Translations under genes and position numbers: made by a program
NCBI GenBank assembly: GCA_043811535.1
Contig: JBDRNC010000010.1
Location: 1 to 36,508 of the forward strand
DNA length: 36,508 nucleotides
Origin: Elusimicrobiota bacterium
GTDB lineage: Bacteria > Elusimicrobiota > Endomicrobiia > Endomicrobiales > JBDRNC01
Direction: 5' to 3'
Shown here: positions 1-8,043 of the stretch, in pieces
Position numbering within the stretch: position 1 is the first letter of the stretch
How the letters are laid out: the number at the start of each line of letters is the position of its first letter
The notes under the pieces: generated by a model
Told to the model about the DNA's origin: nothing
What the model saw: the letters and a program-made list of their open reading frames with translations, nothing else
The model's database searches: none

Positions 1-280
1 TTAGCGGGAGATACTCCCGCTTGATTGCTTCGCCGTCAAAGACCGCTTTTGCCACATAACTTCCGCGACCGTAAAGGTCGCCAATCTGTTTCAAGGGAAT
101 GAACTTCATGATGACTCCTTTCATCAAGTTTTCGATCCACTGTTCACAGGCGTTCGCGGGATATTTCGCGTTGCCTGTAAAAAATGAACAGCGCGAACAC
201 TCGCCGGACAGAGAACCGTGCGGATACCTACCGAGTCGTTTGTATATTAGTTTCAGAGTCCTGGCATTGGGGAACCAGAT
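1..280 (-). pseudogene. Second copy of the backbone hypothetical gene 8044-8685, interrupted by the IS21 left end (continues beyond the window's left edge)
   Basis: Bases 1-280 align ungapped to 8304-8583 with 9 mismatches by manual comparison. Similarity stops exactly at 281, where the IS21 terminus TGCATATTCCG begins. Confidence 0.85.
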
Positions 281-381
281 TGCATATTCCGCTGCAAAGT
301 AGCCACCCAATCCGCTGCTTAACCGGCCACTGATTCCGCCAAACTGGCCGCCGATTCCGGTAATCCGGCCACCGAATCCGC
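281..381 (+). repeat. IS21 left inverted repeat with multiple subterminal transposase-binding repeats
   Basis: Four related copies: agccacccaatccg, ggccactgattccg, ggccgccgattccg, ggccaccgaatccg, after 5'-TGCATATTCCG. Multiple terminal repeats are an IS21-family hallmark. Confidence 0.8.
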
Positions 382-400
382 TGGAATTCAACCAACCTAT

Positions 401-440
401 TGTGGATAACCTTGACTTAAAAAAACGTGATAGCTATGCT
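401..440 (+). promoter_or_regulatory. Putative istA promoter with adjacent DnaA box
   Basis: TGTGGATAA (401-409, reverse complement of TTATCCACA); TTGACT (412-417), 17 nt, TATGCT (435-440); AGGAGG RBS before ATG 477. Confidence 0.55.
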
Positions 441-476
441 TTGTAGAATTTCCTAAATGGAAAAGGAGGATTCTAC

Positions 477-2078
477 ATGGCACACGAAAGGGTATCCATG
501 CGCAAAATCAAAGAAATACTGCGATTGAAGTACGAAAACCAACTGAGCATCCGGCAAATCGCCAACAGTGTAAAAACAAGCCGCGCTACAGTGACGGACT
601 ATTTAAAAAGGGCAGTGACTTCCGGTATCAGCTGGGCTAAAGACAAAAACCTGAGCGATATCGAATTGGAAGACAAGCTGTTTTTTTCGTATGATTCAGC
701 CGTCGTGAAACGTGATAAACAGGAAAGAAGGCACGAGGCGGACTGGTTGTATATCCATAACGAGCTAAAAAGACCGAATGTTACATTAAGCTTGCTGTGG
801 GAAGAATACAAAGCAATGAATCCTGACGGATACCAGTACAGTTATTTCAACGAGCTTTACTGTAACTGGAAGGAAAAACTGAACGTGAGCATGCGCCAGG
901 ACCACAAAGCCGGTGAAAAGTTATTTGTAGATTACGGCGAAGGATTAAACATTATTGACCGTTCAACTGGCGAAGTTGTGCCCGTACAGATGTTTATAGG
1001 CGTATGGGGCGCCAGCAACTATACATATGCCGAAGCAGGCCTTTCGCAAAGCAGCCGCGAATGGCTGATGGCGCACGTCCGGGCGTTTGAATATTTTAAA
1101 TGCGTACCCAGAATACTTGTTCCCGATAATCTGAAAAGCGGTGTAACGAAAGCCTGCAAGTACGAGCCTGAAATAAACGCGGCGTATCTTGACATTGCCA
1201 GCCACTATGGTTTTGCAGTTATCCCTGCCCGGCCTTACCGTCCTAAAGACAAAGCAAAAGTGGAAGTAGGTGTGTTAATAGCCAAGCGTTGGATAATGGC
1301 ATCTTTGCGCGACAGGAAGTTTTTCAGTTTAAGTGAATTGAATGAGGCGATTAAAGAGCTTCTTTTGAAACTAAATACCCGGAAGATGAAAAAGCTGGGT
1401 AAAAGCCGGCAGGAAATGTTCGACGATCTGGACAAACCCGCAGCATTCGCATTGAATGATAGACGATATGAATATGCGGTATGGAAAAAGTGCCGTGTAA
1501 ACATAGATTACCATATAGAAGCAGATTCCCACTATTACAGCGTTCCTTATCAGATCGTTAAAGAAGAAGTTGACGTAAGGCTGACCGATAACATAGTGGA
1601 AATATTTTATCGTGGCAAACGGCAGGCCAGCCATGTCCGCAGCTTTGACAAGCACAGACATACGACCCTGAAAGAACATATGCCGCAGTCCCATCAGAAA
1701 TATTTGGATTGGAGCCCGTCGCGGATATTGTCGTGGGCAGAAAAGACCGGTCCTTTTACGAAGGAAATGGTTAAGATAATTCTTGAAACACGGAAGTTTC
1801 CCGAGCAGGGATACCGGTCATGCCTTGGGATATTGAGGCTTACGAGCCATTATACAGCTGAGCGTATGGAGAATGCCTGTAAACGCGCGATAACTTACCA
1901 TTCATATTCATTCAAGAGCGTGAAGATGATACTTGAAAACAACCTGGACAAACAGGCAGATTTGTTTGCCGGTGTAAAGGATTCCGGCATTGTCTTGCCG
2001 GCGCATGAGAATGTGCGGGGCAAGGATTATTACGATGCCGATAATAAGCCACCGAACGACGATAAATTGTTGAACTAA
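477..2078 (+). CDS. istA: IS21-family DDE transposase IstA
   Basis: N-terminal HTH (LSIRQIANSV), HKAGEKLFVDYG, LVPDNLKSGV, RPKDKAKVEVGV, HYYSVPY and C-terminal HENVRGKDYY motifs typical of IS21/IS408 IstA. Confidence 0.95.
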   Translation: MAHERVSMRKIKEILRLKYENQLSIRQIANSVKTSRATVTDYLKRAVTSGISWAKDKNLSDIELEDKLFFSYDSAVVKRDKQERRHEADWLYIHNELKRPNVTLSLLWEEYKAMNPDGYQYSYFNELYCNWKEKLNVSMRQDHKAGEKLFVDYGEGLNIIDRSTGEVVPVQMFIGVWGASNYTYAEAGLSQSSREWLMAHVRAFEYFKCVPRILVPDNLKSGVTKACKYEPEINAAYLDIASHYGFAVIPARPYRPKDKAKVEVGVLIAKRWIMASLRDRKFFSLSELNEAIKELLLKLNTRKMKKLGKSRQEMFDDLDKPAAFALNDRRYEYAVWKKCRVNIDYHIEADSHYYSVPYQIVKEEVDVRLTDNIVEIFYRGKRQASHVRSFDKHRHTTLKEHMPQSHQKYLDWSPSRILSWAEKTGPFTKEMVKIILETRKFPEQGYRSCLGILRLTSHYTAERMENACKRAITYHSYSFKSVKMILENNLDKQADLFAGVKDSGIVLPAHENVRGKDYYDADNKPPNDDKLLN

Positions 2079-2123
2079 GTTTTTGCAGGCAAGGTTTAAA
2101 ATACATTAAAAAGGAGCGGGCTG

Positions 2124-2879
2124 ATGCTAAATGAGCAGACGGTATCAAAGATGGAAGGCATGAAGTTATTCGGGATGTCGAGGACGTACAAAGACATGAT
2201 GGGCAGTTCTTCAAAGAGCGGCGACTTGTCGCATGACGAGTTTCTCGGGCTGCTTATTGATTCCGAAAATACCTATCGGGAGGATATGAAACTGAAACGA
2301 CTGCTGTATAACGCAAAACTGAAACAGAACGCCTGTTTGGAAGACATAGATTACCGCCACCAGAGGAGCCTGCATAAGAAAACGATACTTGAGCTGTCAT
2401 CGTGCAAATGGATTGAAAATCACCAGAACGTTTTAATCAGCGGCCCTACCGGCATAGGTAAAAGCTTTATCGTATGCGCGCTGGGCAACTGTGCCGCGCG
2501 GCATGGATACAGTGTTTTATACACCCGTGCGCCGAGGCTTTATAATTCATTATACCAAGCGAGGGCTGACGGCAGCTATAGCAAACAATTAGGAAAGCTA
2601 TCACGGTTTAATGTTCTTATAATAGACGACATCGGGTTAAGCCCGATGACAGAAACTGAAAGAAAAGACCTGCTTGAAATAGTGGAAGACAGGAATTTAA
2701 CTTCTTCGACAATTATAGGCAGTCAGATACCGATAAAAGACTGGTACCAGATAATAGGCGATCCAACGATAGCGGACGCTATTTGCGACCGGCTTTTGCA
2801 CAATGCCTATAGGGTAGAGCTTAAAGGCGAGTCTATGCGAAAGATGTTGAAGCAGAGTGACGTAAAAACAGCTGGTTAA
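2124..2879 (+). CDS. istB: IS21-family helper AAA+ ATPase IstB
   Basis: Walker A GPTGIGKS, Walker B LIIDDIG, ADAICDRLLHNAYRVELKGESMRK. Confidence 0.95.
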   Translation: MLNEQTVSKMEGMKLFGMSRTYKDMMGSSSKSGDLSHDEFLGLLIDSENTYREDMKLKRLLYNAKLKQNACLEDIDYRHQRSLHKKTILELSSCKWIENHQNVLISGPTGIGKSFIVCALGNCAARHGYSVLYTRAPRLYNSLYQARADGSYSKQLGKLSRFNVLIIDDIGLSPMTETERKDLLEIVEDRNLTSSTIIGSQIPIKDWYQIIGDPTIADAICDRLLHNAYRVELKGESMRKMLKQSDVKTAG

Positions 2880-2887
2880 TCCACTTC

Positions 2888-2937
2888 TTGACATTACGGT
2901 TGTAATCATATATACTACTATTGAATAAGTATTCAAT
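2888..2937 (+). promoter_or_regulatory. Sigma70 promoter and ArsR/SmtB-type operator of the metal cargo operon
   Basis: TTGACA (2888-2893), 17 nt, TATACT (2911-2916); inverted repeat ATTGAATA-ag-TATTCAAT (2920-2937) between the -10 and the RBS. Confidence 0.8.
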
Positions 2938-2949
2938 TAAGAGGTATGC

Positions 2950-3318
2950 ATGAAAAAGATGGTTGGCGAACAGGATATCTGTCAGGTTAAGTGCTTTAAC
3001 AAGGCGAAGGTAGGCAAGTTGAAAAAGTCGGCTTTATCACAAGAGCAGCTCATTGCCTTGACCGAAACATTTGACGTTATTTCGGATGTTACCCGTTTAA
3101 AGATTCTTTGGGCGCTTAAATCCGATGAGTTATGCGTATGCGACATTGCGCATCTGCTAAATATGAGTTTGTCTGCCATTTCGCATCAGTTGCGGGTATT
3201 GCGAAACTGCGGGCTGATAAAATACCGCAGCGAAGGCAGAATGGCCTTTTATTCCCTTAAAGATAATAAGGTCATGGGACTGATTAATGATGTCAAACAA
3301 CACGGTGAAAGAAAATGA
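2950..3318 (+). CDS. ArsR/SmtB family metalloregulator, CadC-like
   Basis: TRLKILWAL, ELCVCDIA metal-site motif, SAISHQLRVLR HTH, N-terminal Cys pair (DICQVKC) as in CadC-type sensors. Confidence 0.9.
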   Translation: MKKMVGEQDICQVKCFNKAKVGKLKKSALSQEQLIALTETFDVISDVTRLKILWALKSDELCVCDIAHLLNMSLSAISHQLRVLRNCGLIKYRSEGRMAFYSLKDNKVMGLINDVKQHGERK

Positions 3319-3791
3319 AGGTTAGAAATAAAATTAAAAATGCTGCCATTATAGGGATTGTGTTTGTTGCCGTTGTCTTTGTGCATGTATTTTATCTTGT
3401 AAACGCAAAAGATTCCTGTGTGGAAGATTTAACCCGGTATCAGAGTTATGTTAATCAGCAGGACTATTTTATAACGCTTTCATACGCGTTATCGCTGGCA
3501 TTTATGGCATATTCATTTCTTAAATACAAAGAGAATAAGAAAAAGTCGATGGCAGCAGCTACAGGCGGAGGAATGATTTCATTGGGATTGTGGTTGCTTT
3601 GTTTTCTATCCGGATGCTGTGGTTCCCCCATGTTGATCGTCTATATGAATTTATTTGGAATATCTGCCCTGCATATTCCAAAGGGTCTGATATTCTTAAT
3701 CACAGTTATTTTTGTTGCACTTTGTGCATTATGGTTAAATAGACGCGTTGCAGGTACCTGTTGTGAAGGCAGTGATTGTGATTCCATATGA
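3315..3791 (+). CDS. Cys-rich integral membrane protein (about 4 TM segments), unknown family
   Basis: Hydrophobic helices with CFLSGCCGSP in or near the membrane and C-terminal TCCEGSDCDS. ATGA overlaps with both neighbours. Confidence 0.7.
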   Translation: MKVRNKIKNAAIIGIVFVAVVFVHVFYLVNAKDSCVEDLTRYQSYVNQQDYFITLSYALSLAFMAYSFLKYKENKKKSMAAATGGGMISLGLWLLCFLSGCCGSPMLIVYMNLFGISALHIPKGLIFLITVIFVALCALWLNRRVAGTCCEGSDCDSI

Positions 3792-4390
3792 AAAAGTTCA
3801 CTATTACGCATGATTGGCCGGTTGAAAAAGGTAAATATCTTACCAGTAACCCATTTTCACCTGCCGCTGTGGTTGCGATACTTGCTGCTCCTTACGACAA
3901 TATTCCCCTGGAAACGGAAGAATTGGTAAGGGCAGGCATTGAAAAAGGCGCCGGGATTAGCGGAACGCTACAAACAGCCAATATAGGGATTGAGAAAATT
4001 GTTGTTAACCTGATTTCTAATCCCAATATCAGATATCTTGTACTGACAGGCAAGGAATCAGGCCATTTTCCCGCAGATGCATTAACGGCGTTGTTCAGGG
4101 ACGGGACGGACGAACGAGGATTTATCAAAAACACAAGAGCGCCCACGGCTATTTTGAAGAATATCCCGAAAGAAACGACTGAACGCCTGCGGAAACAAGT
4201 TCAGCTTGTAGATGTAAGCGGAACAACCGACATCGCAATTCTTGAACAGGCGGTCTGGGCATGCTATCAAGAGAAAGAGACAGCGTTTAAAGTTTTCGGC
4301 AGGAGCTATCTTTTGCGTGATCCCGGCCCTTTTCCGGAAGAACCGATTATTTACCGGTTAACAGATCGCTTGAAAGAGGACATGAAATGA
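3788..4390 (+). CDS. Soluble MtrA-like (tetrahydromethanopterin S-methyltransferase subunit A fold) putative corrinoid-binding protein
   Basis: WPVEKGKY, GTLQTANIGIEKIVVNLISNPNIRYLVLTGKESGHFP and DPGPFPEEP match the MtrA pattern (TENLGIEK..N.ISNPNIRFL...GH), including the His. No C-terminal TM anchor. Confidence 0.8.
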   Translation: MKKFTITHDWPVEKGKYLTSNPFSPAAVVAILAAPYDNIPLETEELVRAGIEKGAGISGTLQTANIGIEKIVVNLISNPNIRYLVLTGKESGHFPADALTALFRDGTDERGFIKNTRAPTAILKNIPKETTERLRKQVQLVDVSGTTDIAILEQAVWACYQEKETAFKVFGRSYLLRDPGPFPEEPIIYRLTDRLKEDMK

Positions 4391-4713
4391 ACGAAGAAAT
4401 AACCAAATTGGACGATTGTGTGAAAGCTATGCGGCGTTGCCTGGACGTCCCCGGTGTAGAGCACTGTGTTTGTTATTCGGACGCATTCAGTGTTTTTGAG
4501 CTCGAGACTGAACGGCTTGGCAAAAAAACGAAAGGGTTCGATAAAGAATCCCGGGAGAAGTTTTCTGTACTGCAACAAGAAATATCCGTAGCAAAAGGAA
4601 GAATATCAAAAGGCGAAAAAGAATGTCTGGGATGCGCCACCTGCATGGCAGCGGTTGTATTCAACACGTATCCCGATTTATTGAATGAAATATACTTAAA
4701 GAACGATTTATAA
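4387..4713 (+). CDS. Small Cys-rich putative metal/Fe-S-binding protein
   Basis: Seven Cys in 108 aa: CxxxxxxC, HCVC and CLGCATC (CxxCxxC). ATGA overlap with the MtrA-like gene. Confidence 0.7.
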   Translation: MNEEITKLDDCVKAMRRCLDVPGVEHCVCYSDAFSVFELETERLGKKTKGFDKESREKFSVLQQEISVAKGRISKGEKECLGCATCMAAVVFNTYPDLLNEIYLKNDL

Positions 4714-4719
4714 GGAGAT

Positions 4720-5025
4720 TTGGCAAATATAATGTCTATCTTAACGGGCCTGTTAAAAGAGATATTGCGCACCTTTAACGAAGCATCGCTTTATATCCTT
4801 TTTGGTATCTTTGTTTCCGGTCTTATTCAAGTGTTTATAGATAAAGGCAAGATTGCAAGGCATTTAGGTGGCAACGGATTCAAGCCAGTTTTTTTAGCTG
4901 CCCTTTTCGGTATTCCCTTGCCTCTTTGTTCCTGCGGTGTCATTCCTACGGCAATTTCCTTGAGGAAGAATGGCGCATCCAAAGGTGCAACCCTTTCCTT
5001 TATGCCAATCGGGAGAATAAGATAA
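4720..5025 (+). pseudogene. N-terminal fragment of an ArsP/DUF318 (SO_0444-like) permease
   Basis: GIPLPLCSCGVIP...GASKGATLSF signature, then a stop after ~100 aa. Family members are about three times longer. Confidence 0.8.
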
Positions 5026-5224
5026 AATGAAGAATACTATGATTGCAAGATGCTCCTTGATCAAGACAAGCATCCTTTATCTGATGATAGCAACAATGCC
5101 TTTGTACATAGGAGGTTGCTGCAAAGATGAGACTGGTCATGGTAGAGCTAAGTTGACAATTAAGAAACAGCTAAACAAACCATTAGAGGATACAAAGATA
5201 AACTTAGAAACAAGAGGGGGTACA

Positions 5225-5611
5225 ATGGATAAAGTTGAATACACTGTGGCAACAGACAAAAGCTTTGATGAAGCTGTATTTAGTGTCGAGATAAAGAGTA
5301 AGGAAAAAGGGTTCAGTATATTGCATGTTCATGATGTCGGGAATCTATTGACTTCAAAGGGATTTGCAAGACCTCCTCTTAAAATCATAGAGATATGCAA
5401 TGCTAAGTATGCTAGTCAGGTATTGGCGAAAGATATCAGGGTAGCGCTTATGCTTCCCTGTCCTATTACTGTTTATGTTGAAGGTGAAAAAACGTATATA
5501 AGCGCTCTTCGGCCTCGAATGATTGCGGGATTCTATCCTGAAGCCAATATTGTCGATTTAGCTAACGAGGTCGATAGGATTGTGGTAAGCATTGTCAACG
5601 AAGCAAAATAG
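5225..5611 (+). CDS. DUF302 domain protein
   Basis: KSFDEAV...GFSILHVHDV...IIEICNAKYA...LMLPCPITVY..G motif. ATG 5225 has a GAGGGGG RBS, so the ORF-track start at 5027 is probably too early. Confidence 0.85.
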   Translation: MDKVEYTVATDKSFDEAVFSVEIKSKEKGFSILHVHDVGNLLTSKGFARPPLKIIEICNAKYASQVLAKDIRVALMLPCPITVYVEGEKTYISALRPRMIAGFYPEANIVDLANEVDRIVVSIVNEAK

Positions 5612-5632
5612 AATTGTTTAAGGAGAAAATAA

Positions 5633-7552
5633 ATGGCTTGCGGCTGCAAAAAAGAGGAGCACGAGGAAAGTTTTGAGGGGCAATGGTATGAATTTCCAGT
5701 AATTCGTAATGCGGGTATTGCCGGGATCATAACCGGTATAACATTCTTACTTGCCCACATTTCAATAATACCGTCTTTTGTGGAGATAGCATTATTTGTC
5801 GGAGCAATTGCATTGGGAGGTTATCATTGGATAAAAGAGGGGATTGAAGAAATAGTTGAGGAAAAAGCTGTTAGCATTGATGTCCTGATGATGGCCGCCA
5901 CCATAGGCGCGGCCATCCTTGGTTTGTGGGATGAAGCGGCATTTCTTGTATTTTTGTATGGGATAGCCGAGGGCGTGGAAGAGTTTACCTACTCAAAAAC
6001 GAGACACTCCATAAGGAATTTGCTTGACCTTGCTCCCAAAGAGGCAAAGTTATTGATAGATGGCAAGGAAGCAGTCATACCTGCGAATGAACTAAAAATT
6101 GGTGATATCTTCATTGTAAGACCGGGGGAATCAATTCCGACCGATGGAACCATTGTTGAAGGAAGATCCAATGTTAATGAGGCTCCGGTCACCGGAGAAT
6201 CCATGCTGGTGGAAAAACAGGAAGGCATGAAAGTATTCGCCGGTACGTTTAGCAAGGATGGTGCACTTATAGTTAAAACAACTGCTTCTTTTGAAGATAA
6301 CACACTCTCGAAAATGATTCATCTTGTTGAAGAAGCACAAGAACAGAAGGGGAAACGGCAGTTATTTATCGAGCGGTTCGGGGCAAAGTATTCACCGGCT
6401 GTACTCATCGCCGGATTACTGTTAATAGCAGTCCCTCCTCTTCTGGGAGGGAGTATGGCTACATGGGCTTACAGAGCTGTAGTGCTGTTCGTCGCTGCTG
6501 CCCCGTGCGCCTTAATAATGTCTACACCGGTTGCTATAGCCGCCGGTATAGGAAGGGCAGGCAAGAACGGTATATTGATAAAAGGCGGGATTCATCTTGA
6601 GAATCTGGGGAAAATTAAAGCGGTAGCATTTGACAAGACTGGTACATTGACCAGCGGGAAACCGGTAATAACCGATGCAGTAGCCCTAAATGGCAGCCAG
6701 TCAGATCTTCTCCGTATTGCTTGTAGCATCGAAAGGTTTTCGGAACATCCCCTAAGCAAAGCAGTTGTAAGCAAGGGAGAGGAGCTCAAATGCGGTATAT
6801 TGGAAGTCAAAAACTTTGAGGCTCTCAGTGGCTTTGGGGTTAAAGCAAATCTTGGCGAAAGGACCGTTTTCATAGGTAAACCGGAACTATTTAAAGAACT
6901 TGATTTGAGAGCCGAGGATCAAAGCAAGATAGACCAATTCAGGAGTGAAGGTAAAACTGTGATGTTGGTTGGAACACAGGAAAAGATTGATGGGATTATC
7001 GCGGTTAGGGATGAGGTTCGACCGCACTCAAGGGAAGTAGTTGAACAACTCCATTCGATGAAAATTCATATCGTTATGCTTACGGGTGATAATGAAGTAA
7101 CCGCCAAAGCCATTGCTGGAGAACTGGGGATAGAAGAAGTAAAAGCTAACCTTAAACCGGAAGATAAAATAAGTGCAGTGAAAGAATTAAAGCAGAAATA
7201 CAGAGATGTAGCTATGGTTGGAGATGGAATTAACGATGCTCCTGCACTTGCCGAATCAACGGTAGGAATGGCTTTGGGAACGGCAGGTACTGATGAAGCG
7301 ATAGAGGCGGCGGATATAGCGCTAATGGCTGACGACCTGACAAAAATTCCATATGCGATACAATTGGGGAGAAAAGCACAGAGAATAGGCGGCCAGAATA
7401 TTGTGTTTTCACTGGTACTTTTGGCGGTTCTCATTCCTCTGTCAGTATTAGGACTGATAGGAGTAGCATTAGCGGTGATCGTACATGAGGGGTCTGAAAT
7501 AGCAGCTGTTTTAAATGGTTTACGCATCCAAAGATTACGAATAGAGTATTGA
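5633..7552 (+). CDS. Heavy-metal P1B-type ATPase (Zn/Cd/Co exporter, P1B-4-like)
   Basis: TGES, APCAL, DKTGTLT, SEHPL, TGDN, GDGINDAPALA and last-helix HEGSE motifs. No HMA domain, only a short MACGC..HEE N-terminus. Confidence 0.92.
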   Translation: MACGCKKEEHEESFEGQWYEFPVIRNAGIAGIITGITFLLAHISIIPSFVEIALFVGAIALGGYHWIKEGIEEIVEEKAVSIDVLMMAATIGAAILGLWDEAAFLVFLYGIAEGVEEFTYSKTRHSIRNLLDLAPKEAKLLIDGKEAVIPANELKIGDIFIVRPGESIPTDGTIVEGRSNVNEAPVTGESMLVEKQEGMKVFAGTFSKDGALIVKTTASFEDNTLSKMIHLVEEAQEQKGKRQLFIERFGAKYSPAVLIAGLLLIAVPPLLGGSMATWAYRAVVLFVAAAPCALIMSTPVAIAAGIGRAGKNGILIKGGIHLENLGKIKAVAFDKTGTLTSGKPVITDAVALNGSQSDLLRIACSIERFSEHPLSKAVVSKGEELKCGILEVKNFEALSGFGVKANLGERTVFIGKPELFKELDLRAEDQSKIDQFRSEGKTVMLVGTQEKIDGIIAVRDEVRPHSREVVEQLHSMKIHIVMLTGDNEVTAKAIAGELGIEEVKANLKPEDKISAVKELKQKYRDVAMVGDGINDAPALAESTVGMALGTAGTDEAIEAADIALMADDLTKIPYAIQLGRKAQRIGGQNIVFSLVLLAVLIPLSVLGLIGVALAVIVHEGSEIAAVLNGLRIQRLRIEY

Positions 7553-7601
7553 AAATAATATAATGAACTGAGTAAAGATATTCCAATATAGGGGGATTTC
7601 T

Positions 7602-8004
7602 ATGTATATCAACACGAAGATCGTATTAATATGTGGACTGTTTTATGGCTCAATATGTGACTGCTGAAGACAAGGGGATTCGGGGATTTTTAGTAGGGAG
7701 CGATGAACCTTTCAATGAACAAGAACCAATTTTATCGACCACAGGCCAATATAGAGTAGAGGGCGGAGAAGATTATGAGAGACAAAGATATAATTCGGAA
7801 CCACCATTAACACAAGTACAAATAGGTCTATCTAGGGAATATCCTATTGATTATTATCATACTTATTATAAAGTATGCGTAGACACAACAGTCGAATTGC
7901 CCTATAGAGATATGCCTTATAAGCCCGAAGTGTTATCTACTGAAGATGAACTGCGTTCAAGGTATGAAGAATCCATTGAAGTTAATGATGTTCAGAAGCT
8001 TTGA
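7602..8004 (+). CDS. Hypothetical acidic protein, possibly a frameshifted secreted protein
   Basis: ORF 7633-8004. ATG 7602 with a GGGGG RBS is one base out of frame; removing one T at 7641-7644 gives the signal-peptide-like MYINTKIVLICGLFMAQYVTA. Confidence 0.4.
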
Positions 8005-8043
8005 ATCAAATGTTCTCTATCAACCTGATATAAATGTATTGAA

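Larger units (their letters stand above)
281..2879 (+). mobile_element. IS21-family element (left end + istA + istB); right terminal repeat not seen
   Basis: TG-starting terminus with several internal repeats, followed by the istA/istB pair. The arsR promoter follows istB directly. Confidence 0.9.

Noticed and set aside
99..302. Plus-strand 67/70-aa ORF pair (99-302 and 8402-8614)
   Set aside because: Antisense shadow of the minus-strand gene. The identity simply reflects the DNA duplication.
3788..4390. Methanogenesis / Mtr complex gene mtrA
   Set aside because: No other mtr subunits, no membrane anchor and a bacterial context, so the gene symbol was withheld.
3788..4713. hgcAB mercury methylation genes
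   Set aside because: No N(V/I)WCA(A/G)GK cap-helix motif and no twin CxxCxxCxxxC ferredoxin motifs. The fold signature is MtrA-type, so this is an analogy only.
5027..5224. N-terminal extension of the DUF302 protein
   Set aside because: The domain begins at ATG 5225, which has its own RBS. The upstream stretch looks like junction sequence.
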